IMG/VR virus record: IMGVR_UViG_3300027835_000489
Span: 1 to 31,790 of that record
Length of the DNA stretch: 31,790 nt
Reading direction: 5' to 3' (one strand)
From: a virus
Lineage: Duplodnaviria > Caudoviricetes
The position numbers and the translations under genes are program-made. The notes under the pieces are model-generated. The model was given only the letters and a program-made list of their open reading frames with translations. It was not told the origin of the DNA and did not search any database. Below are positions 18,470-25,189 of the stretch, one piece after another (within the stretch, counting starts at the first letter, position 1; each line of letters begins with the position of its first letter).

Positions 18470-18603
18470 AAACCCTTAAAACCACTGGATCTTAGCTTGG
18501 TCATAATAATTTTTCGGATTTTAACTTTATGATCAAATGAGATAAATGGAGCCTTCATGCATATTTTATTTACGGTTAGAAGTAGATTGTATTTGATATT
18601 CAT
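18466..18603 (-). CDS. Small basic hypothetical protein (45 aa), below the ORF track cutoff
   Basis: MNIKYNLLLTVNKICMKAPFISFDHKVKIRKIIMTKLRSSGFKGL*; ATGA overlaps with both neighbours and fills the gap exactly. Confidence 0.65.
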   Translation of the reverse strand: MNIKYNLLLTVNKICMKAPFISFDHKVKIRKIIMTKLRSSGFKGL

Positions 18604-18899
18604 CCGTAGACCCTCGCTCCATCTTTATGCTCATACTGACATCCACACCCTTTATAAAAGTAGCGGGCATGAGTTCCACCTCTCCCATTTGGTTCTTCGA
18701 TAACCATTAGAGGACTTTTAACCCCTGCATCTTGAAACTTTTTATGCAGATCAGCAATCCGTTGGGATAGATGGTATATTTCAAGTCCACCATCTTGTTT
18801 TGATTTTGAAGCCTCAACAAATGTCAAAGATTTTCCTTGACTAAAGTGAGTATGAAGCGTATACGGTGTTGAACCTGCTTTGAATACAATCTTTGCCAT
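18600..18899 (-). CDS. Hypothetical protein, possible winged HTH
   Basis: 99 aa; 'GKSLTFVEA...HLSQRIADL...HARY' resembles small phage wHTH proteins. Confidence 0.5.
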   Translation of the reverse strand: MAKIVFKAGSTPYTLHTHFSQGKSLTFVEASKSKQDGGLEIYHLSQRIADLHKKFQDAGVKSPLMVIEEPNGRGGTHARYFYKGCGCQYEHKDGARVYG

Positions 18900-18902
18900 C
18901 CC

Positions 18903-19421
18903 CTACTCCTCTTGCTCTTTTTTATGCTTCTTAACCATATCTTCAAAAGCGATCAGATGCGTACGTGTCTCATACGCGATACGTTCCAGATCATCAGCTT
19001 CAAATTCATCAATGATCCCATCGTTGAGCTTGTATTCCAAAAATTTAGAGGATAAGCTGCCGGCGAACCCGGCGATAGTGAGTAGTTCATCTTTGAGTGA
19101 TTCTGAATTTGTTTTATTGCAGTCCTCATTAAAATTGAAAACCCCGTCACATGATTTTGCGATAGCATCGAGTATGATTTTTTTATCGGGTCCAAGTTCT
19201 TCGAGCAAAATAGCGAGTTGATCAATGCTAAACGGTTTTGGTGCAGCATCGTTGTATGTGGTATAATTTAGAGCTGTACCGACCTGTATAGTTCCGTTAT
19301 TACCTGAATACCCTAGCATAGGGGCGAAGTGTTGACGTGCAGTGATGTTATGGCGAGATCCAAATGCGTTTATCGCTTTGTCAATTGCTTTATAAAACCA
19401 TGGAGTCTTTAAGAGAGGCAT
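18903..19421 (-). CDS. Phage regulatory protein, 186/P2-group CII-like
   Basis: N-terminal HTH-like region and C-terminal 'G.L......DGIIDEFEADDL' pattern; start set at ATG 19421 after AAAGGA (ORF-track start 19508 lies inside the promoter). Confidence 0.6.
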   Translation of the reverse strand: MPLLKTPWFYKAIDKAINAFGSRHNITARQHFAPMLGYSGNNGTIQVGTALNYTTYNDAAPKPFSIDQLAILLEELGPDKKIILDAIAKSCDGVFNFNEDCNKTNSESLKDELLTIAGFAGSLSSKFLEYKLNDGIIDEFEADDLERIAYETRTHLIAFEDMVKKHKKEQEE

Positions 19422-19497
19422 TTTAGTCCTTTGGGCACTTATCTGAAGAGCGGCCCCGAAGGTCCAATCGCCGCTCAGATAAATTGATTGGTTCGAC

Positions 19498-19527
19498 ATT
19501 ATAAACATAAAACTGTTTATTTGTCAA
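19498..19527 (-). promoter_or_regulatory. Leftward early promoter TTGACA-N18-TATAAT with operator ATAAACA-N6-TGTTTAT
   Basis: Minus-strand TTGACA at 19527-19522 and TATAAT at 19503-19498; palindrome at 19501-19520. Confidence 0.85.
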
Positions 19528-19563
19528 CATTAATTTGTTTATATTAAATTTTACGCAGTTAAA

Positions 19564-19814
19564 ATGAAAAAGAATAGTATGCTTAAAATTACTGCTATCT
19601 CGGTTATTATGATGGGTATGACATCCATAGTTGCTGATAAAAAGAAATTACAAAAGGAGATAAAACAAAAATAAGAGCGTTTTTCTTGCGATGGGAAGCG
19701 TACATGCAAGGATATGGGGTCATGTGCAGAAGCTAAATTCCATTTAACTGAGTGCGGTCAAATAAACTAGACCGGAACCATGACGGGGTTCCTTGTGAAT
19801 CTATTTATAATTAG
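19564..19814 (+). pseudogene. Excalibur calcium-binding domain protein, disrupted
   Basis: Signal-peptide-like start MKKNSMLKITAISVIMMG, in-frame TAA at 19672, then FSCDGKRTCKDMGSCAEAKFHLTECG, a frameshift, and LDRNHDGVPCESI. Confidence 0.8.
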
Positions 19815-19826
19815 GGAGAATTAATA

Positions 19827-20444
19827 ATGCTATTAAAATGTACAGACTGTACCCATGATGTAAATACAGAGGCAAAAACATGTCCAAACTGTGGGTCAAC
19901 AAAACCGTTTAAAAATCAAAACCTCACTCAAGCACAGGTAAAAGGAATGTCATTCTCTGAAATGTCACAATATAAAAAGCTTGGAGGAAAAATAGAGATG
20001 GGAAAAGGACAGAAAATATTTTGGGGAATACTTATAATAATACTTGCTATAGCTATTTTTACCCCATCAACTCCAAAAGCTCCTGAACAAGTAGAGGTAA
20101 ATACGCAGTCAAAAGCTGATATCCAAAGCGAAAAATCTGTTCCAACTGAATATATATCAGCTTTGGCAAAAGCAGAGATGTATAGTGGCACAATGCATAT
20201 GTCGAAAAAAGGGTTATACGAACAACTAACATCAGATTATGGTGAAAAATTTTCCGCTGAAGCCGCACAGTATGCCATTGACAATGTAAATGCTGACTAT
20301 AAAAATAATGCCTTAAAAAAAGCAGAAATGTATCAAGACACTATGCATATGTCTCCATCATCAATTCGTGAACAGTTAGTTTCTGATGCTGGTGAAAAAT
20401 TCACAAAAGAAGAGGCTAAGTACGCTATAGAAAATCTTAAATAG
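19827..20444 (+). CDS. Zn-ribbon + TM + tandem Ltp-repeat protein (superinfection-exclusion-like)
   Basis: CxxC...CPNCG, TM segment (IFWGILIIILAIAIF), two Ltp repeats 'AL.KAEMY..TMHMS......QL.SD.GEKF..E.A.YAI.N'. Confidence 0.85.
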   Translation: MLLKCTDCTHDVNTEAKTCPNCGSTKPFKNQNLTQAQVKGMSFSEMSQYKKLGGKIEMGKGQKIFWGILIIILAIAIFTPSTPKAPEQVEVNTQSKADIQSEKSVPTEYISALAKAEMYSGTMHMSKKGLYEQLTSDYGEKFSAEAAQYAIDNVNADYKNNALKKAEMYQDTMHMSPSSIREQLVSDAGEKFTKEEAKYAIENLK

Positions 20445-20538
20445 TGTTTTTTGAATATTTGGATGAAAATAAACTATCAATATCTGAACAATGGTTAACT
20501 GAGTTTTATAGCCAATATAGCAGCGCAGTACCCCAATG

Positions 20539-20556
20539 ATTTTCCCGAGGGAAAAT
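20539..20556. repeat. Palindrome copy 2, ATTTTCCCGAGGGAAAAT (putative parS)
   Basis: Intergenic; one of five copies. Confidence 0.7.
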
Positions 20557-20712
20557 TGCGCTTTTTTTGGAATGATTGTTGCAATACACTAAGCAATAAT
20601 AGTAGCGATATTACGAAAGGTAACGTTAGCGATACTAAAAGTTACTATTTATGTACTTTATGCCGATATAACGGGTATTATCTAACACGAAAAGTTTAAA
20701 GTTTATAGCAGT

Positions 20713-20735
20713 GTTTACGTTCTCAAAACGTAAAC
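20713..20735. promoter_or_regulatory. Inverted repeat GTTTACGTT-N5-AACGTAAAC (putative operator), copy 1
   Basis: Identical arms recur at 22413-22435; overlaps the -35 zone of TATAAT at 20756-20761. Confidence 0.65.
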
Positions 20736-20882
20736 GAATATTAAGAAGATTTCGGTATAATTCCGCAATTTTTAGAGTATTGCTACTTTGCAATACAACA
20801 CACAAATTACCACTCGCTAAGTTGGTCATATAACCGCAAGATAATGACCCTTTATTTTTATAGCACGGTAGAAGGACATAAA

Positions 20883-21080
20883 ATGTCATATAAAACACAA
20901 GAAGAAATATATATAGACTGGTTTAATAACGCTAGAGATAAGCAAGGTCTCATTGACGTAAAATTTCAAACTGGTGATATAAAACTAACCAGTAAAGAAG
21001 AATTTTACAGGGAAGCAAATCACTTTAATGACCAAGCAGATAGTGGTCTTATAACGCCATTGTTTAAAGTAGTTTTTTGA
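20883..21080 (+). CDS. Small hypothetical protein (65 aa), partner of the downstream peptidase-like gene
   Basis: ATG at 20883 after GAAGGA; 'GLIDVKF...KEEFYREAN'; its TGA overlaps the TTG start of the next gene. Confidence 0.7.
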   Translation: MSYKTQEEIYIDWFNNARDKQGLIDVKFQTGDIKLTSKEEFYREANHFNDQADSGLITPLFKVVF

Positions 21081-21676
21081 GATACCAAGATACTGCAACA
21101 ATTCTTAATGATTTCATGGGAATTCAAGGAGTAGTTGTTAAAACTCCTATGAGTATAGATGAAGACTTAATTAGACAAATAGGTACCTATCTAAACTTTA
21201 AAAAAGGCAAATATATTGCTGTTCTCCCTATTGATACATCAAATAAGCTGATTCTTGGGAAACTAAGACACTTCTCAACACATGTAGAGGTTTTATTTAA
21301 TGATACAGCATTAAATCAATGCTGGAGACGATATATTATTGTAAAAGAGTTGTTTCATCTACTAATGAGTAAAGATGATGAAGGTATTACAGAAGACATA
21401 GATAAGCTAGTAGATGGTCTTTTTAACGCATCATTCGGGTTTTCAGATGATATAGACCATGAATATCTTGCTGTTTTATTTGCAGCAGATTTTTTATTGC
21501 CATATAGCCTTACTCAAGATAAAATAAAAGATCCAAAAATAACAGCTGCACAAATAGCAGAGGAATTTTTAGCACCAAAAAATATTGTGGATCTTTTAAG
21601 AATACCTAAACATATTATTCTTAGAGATGAAGCTTATATGGACTTAGATATTAAACATGAAATAATTCCTGCCTAA
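21077..21676 (+). CDS. ImmA/IrrE-like Zn metallopeptidase-fold protein with variant KExxH motif
   Basis: 'LNQCWRRYIIVKELFHLL', 'EYLAVLFAADFLLP', C-terminal HTH-like 'AAQIAEEFLAP'. Confidence 0.75.
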   Translation: MRYQDTATILNDFMGIQGVVVKTPMSIDEDLIRQIGTYLNFKKGKYIAVLPIDTSNKLILGKLRHFSTHVEVLFNDTALNQCWRRYIIVKELFHLLMSKDDEGITEDIDKLVDGLFNASFGFSDDIDHEYLAVLFAADFLLPYSLTQDKIKDPKITAAQIAEEFLAPKNIVDLLRIPKHIILRDEAYMDLDIKHEIIPA

Positions 21677-21678
21677 TA

Positions 21679-22356
21679 TTATCTCTGCATCCTCAAAATA
21701 ACTTTCCCCATAATGTGAAATAACTGCTGATCCTCGTTTGGATCAAACTTCCGTGTCTTATAGCTCTGATTATCACTTAGTATCTCTATCCCATCGATAT
21801 CCGCCTGTAACCGCTTCACGAGCAATACTCCGTCATACTGTAATACATAGATCCCATCACCGCTAAAATGCATATTCTCTTCGATGACCACATAATCACC
21901 CTCTTTTAGTGTTGGGTACATACTGTCCCCCTCTACTTCTATCGCACGGATATTTTTTAGGTTTGGTAATACTTTAAACAGCATCCGATCTATAAGCAGC
22001 TCTCCGGTAGTCACTACCTCATACTGCTCTCTGCCGGTTCCTGCCGATGCTTTTACTGACATAATTGGAGCTTTGATCATTTGGCTATTGATGCCAGGTG
22101 CTATAGATTCATTTTTAGGTTGATCAGATTCAAGCATTTCGCCCTCACCTGTCATAATCCATTCTCTTGAAACATAAAACTGTTTATTTAACAAATCAAA
22201 ATAATTTAATGGCATTTTTTTAACTGTACCTTGCTCGTATGTCTGCAAAGTACGCCAATTTATACCTATTATTCCTGCAAATACTTTCTGATCAGAATAC
22301 CCAAGATGCTCTTTTCTGACATGTATTAAACGGTCTGCAATATCTTTATTGAACAT
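21679..22356 (-). CDS. CI-type repressor (XRE HTH + S24 peptidase)
   Basis: HTH 'QKVFAGIIGINWRTLQTYEQG', cleavage site 'SAG', catalytic 'GDSMYP' Ser and 'VKRL' Lys, 'SDN'. Confidence 0.93.
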   Translation of the reverse strand: MFNKDIADRLIHVRKEHLGYSDQKVFAGIIGINWRTLQTYEQGTVKKMPLNYFDLLNKQFYVSREWIMTGEGEMLESDQPKNESIAPGINSQMIKAPIMSVKASAGTGREQYEVVTTGELLIDRMLFKVLPNLKNIRAIEVEGDSMYPTLKEGDYVVIEENMHFSGDGIYVLQYDGVLLVKRLQADIDGIEILSDNQSYKTRKFDPNEDQQLFHIMGKVILRMQR

Positions 22357-22372
22357 TTTATTGTTTTTCCTC

Positions 22373-22402
22373 TTGACATATAAACATTAAACTGTTTATA
22401 AT
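22373..22402 (+). promoter_or_regulatory. Rightward early promoter TTGACA-N18-TATAAT with operator TATAAACA-N6-TGTTTATA
   Basis: TTGACA at 22373-22378, TATAAT at 22397-22402, palindrome at 22379-22400. Confidence 0.85.
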
Positions 22403-22412
22403 GCTTTCATCC

Positions 22413-22435
22413 GTTTACGTTTGCATAACGTAAAC
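22413..22435. promoter_or_regulatory. Inverted repeat GTTTACGTT-N5-AACGTAAAC, copy 2
   Basis: Between the rightward -10 and a minus-strand TATAAT at 22444-22439. Confidence 0.65.
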
Positions 22436-22480
22436 AAGATTATAGCGCATCGTACACATTACGCAAAAGGTTTGACAAAT

Positions 22481-22729
22481 ATGGCATTTAACCATGAACT
22501 ATCTTTTTATCAAAACGTCAAACTCGGATTACTCGTTTCGGGCAAGAGTTTTGAAACAGCAGCCAAAGATTTAGAGGCAAAAGAGTCATCAATCAAACAG
22601 CGACTGCATGACAAATTAATCCGTAACGGGAAAAGTACCCCCCTAGATAAAAAGATTTATGAGTACCTAAAAAAGAACTGTAACGGCTTCCATACCTACT
22701 GCCGTGCAAACAATATCAAAATAGTCTAA
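22481..22729 (+). CDS. Cro-like HTH regulator
   Basis: 82 aa from ATG 22481 (AAAGG SD), divergent from CI; HTH-like 'GKSFETAAKDLEAKESSIKQRL'. Confidence 0.65.
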   Translation: MAFNHELSFYQNVKLGLLVSGKSFETAAKDLEAKESSIKQRLHDKLIRNGKSTPLDKKIYEYLKKNCNGFHTYCRANNIKIV

Positions 22730-22899
22730 TTGGATCACACAGCAGTGTGATCTGATGAGCCTATGCTCAAACGGGGTGAGTTGCCCTGAGACCTGACGGG
22801 TGGTTTTGCCACATTCTATTTAATCGCAGTGAGCGACAACTTAGACGGTATGGGATGAGTTTCCGATGACAGGAGACTGAACGGCGAAGCAGCCGTGAT

Positions 22900-22919
22900 A
22901 ATTTTCCCGCGGGAAAATT
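22900..22919. repeat. Palindrome copy 3, AATTTTCCCGCGGGAAAATT (putative parS)
   Basis: Perfect 20-bp palindrome, intergenic. Confidence 0.75.
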
Positions 22920-23128
22920 TGAAGTAATGAGTGTCTAATGAAGCCCATCGAGACAAGGCGGTGGGTTTCACAACCACTCCCCCCTACCCCAGAGTCGAAA
23001 AAATAAAAGTTCAGTGATTTTATATTGCAAGGTAGGGGATAGAGCTTTTGAGCATCTGTATGAGGGTAAGGCGCCTGCCCTGATTAAATACTCAACCCGA
23101 AGGAATCCTAATGACAAACTAAGAGGTA

Positions 23129-23428
23129 ATGGCCTCAGAGATAGAGGCATTTATAGAATCGTTCCGAGTGATCGGCAACGGTGAGATTGCGGATAACACC
23201 GCCAAGGCACTGAAAGCATGTGTGAAAGCCACGATGATTCAGGAAAAAAAATCGACGATTACTATTAAATTGGAAATTTCCAAAGTAGCTGACGATCAGA
23301 TTACGATGGTGGGTGAAGTAAACCATACCGTTCCACGTCCGAAAATCAAAACAGGGTTCTTCGTAAACAGCCACACGTTCTTGCCATCGCGTAACCGACC
23401 AAATCAACAAATACTACCGGGAGTTTAA
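23129..23428 (+). CDS. Conserved phage hypothetical protein (YfdP-like partner of DUF2303)
   Basis: 'KKSTITIKLEI...VNHTVPR...FFV...PSRNRPNQ' pattern directly upstream of the DUF2303 gene. Confidence 0.6.
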   Translation: MASEIEAFIESFRVIGNGEIADNTAKALKACVKATMIQEKKSTITIKLEISKVADDQITMVGEVNHTVPRPKIKTGFFVNSHTFLPSRNRPNQQILPGV

Positions 23429-23431
23429 AAA

Positions 23432-24211
23432 ATGTTTGAAATTATCAATAACCTCATGAATGCATTCAGACCACCAATGCAAGAGTTAGAAGATGGAGCG
23501 GTCATTATCCACAACGATTACAAAATCGATACGTCGAAGCAACCGCTTCACTTTAAACCATCCTTGTACCGTCATGTTGTATCTCAGAAGATTATTAACA
23601 AAGATGACTACATCGCATTCGTGACAGAGTACAAAACAGATGCTACAAAGCTTTTTTATAACGATGGACGTGTCGAAGCGGTGTTCAACTATATCACGGC
23701 TGAAAAAGCGGATTACGGAGATAGCACGGCAACTATGCCGTTGGTACTTACCGATGATTATAAAGAGTACCGATCCAATAACGGCCGTTCAATCACCCAA
23801 AAAGATTTCATCCGATTCCTAAAACGTATGGAGCCGTTCATCATCGCACTGGATAACAAAAAAGCGGACGACATGGACATCATCGAAATGGCGGAGAACT
23901 TGCAGGGGATCACAACAATCGACAGCATTCAGCGCAACGCCTCGAACAAATTCACCATCGATGCAACGGTCCGAACCGGCAAAGCAAATGTCGAGATCCC
24001 ACGGATCATCACGTTTGAGTTCCCGATCTATGCCAATGATCGAGAGTTAACCACACGATTTGAAACAGAGCTGTTCCTAAGCGCTCAGGATGGTACATTC
24101 ATAGCGGAGCTGATTTGCTACAACATCGACCAACTCGAAGAGGAAACACGCCGACTCCTCACACAGAGTATCTGTGACGGTATCGAGGGCGTTAAAGCGT
24201 TCCAAGTATAA
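23432..24211 (+). CDS. DUF2303 (YfdQ-like) family protein
   Basis: 259 aa; 'VEAVFNY', 'ITQKDFIRFL', 'EIPRIITFEFPIY' pattern. Confidence 0.7.
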   Translation: MFEIINNLMNAFRPPMQELEDGAVIIHNDYKIDTSKQPLHFKPSLYRHVVSQKIINKDDYIAFVTEYKTDATKLFYNDGRVEAVFNYITAEKADYGDSTATMPLVLTDDYKEYRSNNGRSITQKDFIRFLKRMEPFIIALDNKKADDMDIIEMAENLQGITTIDSIQRNASNKFTIDATVRTGKANVEIPRIITFEFPIYANDRELTTRFETELFLSAQDGTFIAELICYNIDQLEEETRRLLTQSICDGIEGVKAFQV

Positions 24212-24298
24212 CCCGTGCCGTTCGCGGCACATCACGAGCTTTCTACGAGGCACAGGTTCCCTTTGCGGTTCGCTGAGTCACGTAGAGAGCTTACAAAA

Positions 24299-24312
24299 TT
24301 TCCCTCGGGAAA
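24299..24312. repeat. Palindrome copy 4, TTTCCCTCGGGAAA (putative parS)
   Basis: Reverse complement of the core in copies 2 and 5; intergenic, one gene upstream of parA. Confidence 0.7.
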
Positions 24313-24335
24313 ATCCAACCTAAAAAGGTCAAATT

Positions 24336-24581
24336 ATGGAACGAGAAGAAGCTAAAAATTTAATTCATACGCATGTTGGGCAAGGTATCGCAAAAGCGAT
24401 GCAAGTGGTTGACAAAATATATGATGATTTTGATAAAAGAACATGTGAGCACTGTAAGTTCTCAGGGTATTTTTCTCCTCATGAAAGCTTGGAATGTCTC
24501 AATAATGATTGTAATTTTTATAGTGTAGATGTTGATTTAAACGATGGTTGCAATAAATTTGAGCCAAAGGAAACCCTATGA
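24336..24581 (+). CDS. Small Cys-rich hypothetical protein
   Basis: 81 aa, TCEHC...C...GC; AAAGG SD; ATGA overlap with parA. Confidence 0.6.
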   Translation: MEREEAKNLIHTHVGQGIAKAMQVVDKIYDDFDKRTCEHCKFSGYFSPHESLECLNNDCNFYSVDVDLNDGCNKFEPKETL

Positions 24582-25189
24582 TCATCACCCTCGCACACAC
24601 CAAAGGCGGAGTCGGAAAGAGTACCGCCGCGTGGCATATCGCTCACGGTCTGAAACAAACCGAGAAAGTCGAAATCGTAGATATGGACTTCAACCAAACG
24701 CTCTACTACATCAATCGAATGGCAGGAAACCCGTTCACGGTTCACCAACCGCGCAATGTTGCAGAGCTGTACGATCTAATCAGCCGTACTACGCATGACG
24801 TGACACTCATCATGGATATCGGAGGATTCGACAGCGATTTGAACCGTGCGGCGATACGGCATAGCGATCACGTCATCATCCCTATCACCCCTGATCGGGT
24901 CACTGAGGTTTTAGGGTTCCGTACATTCGATGCGATCCTATCCGAACTCGACACCATCGATACGAAGTTTCACATACTGTTCAACAATATCCACACCTCT
25001 ACCCGTAACTTCGATAAATTCAAAAAAGCGGTCAAGGGTGAGAGATTTACGATTCTGAAAAGCGCAATCCGGTCACGCAAAATCTATTACTCTACGATGG
25101 GTAACGGTCAGAGCGTATTTGACAGTATCGGGAACGTATCGGCACAAAGGGAAATTGAGGAGCTGATCGATGAACTTAGACGCGCTTGA
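24578..25189 (+). CDS. parA: ParA family ATPase (short, no N-terminal HTH)
   Basis: Deviant Walker A 'KGGVGKST', 'VDMDFNQ', 'IMDIGG', 'SDHVIIPITP'. Confidence 0.9.
   Translation: MIITLAHTKGGVGKSTAAWHIAHGLKQTEKVEIVDMDFNQTLYYINRMAGNPFTVHQPRNVAELYDLISRTTHDVTLIMDIGGFDSDLNRAAIRHSDHVIIPITPDRVTEVLGFRTFDAILSELDTIDTKFHILFNNIHTSTRNFDKFKKAVKGERFTILKSAIRSRKIYYSTMGNGQSVFDSIGNVSAQREIEELIDELRRA

Noticed and set aside
19422-19508. ORF-track N-terminal extension of the CII-like gene (likewise 22421-22480 for the Cro-like gene)
   Set aside because: These starts fall within promoter/operator sequence, and downstream ATGs have proper SD sequences.
20444-20539. 31-codon GTG ORF overlapping the Ltp stop
   Set aside because: No SD or motif; it could be a remnant but cannot be supported.
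20635-20898. Minus-strand 87-aa ORF
   Set aside because: No motif or clear SD; it overlaps the promoter, operator and start of the plus-strand operon.
22752-22772. CTGATGAG as a hammerhead ribozyme core
   Set aside because: The required GAAA after stem II is absent (the sequence reads ...GCTCAAAC) and no stem III/cleavage triplet was found.
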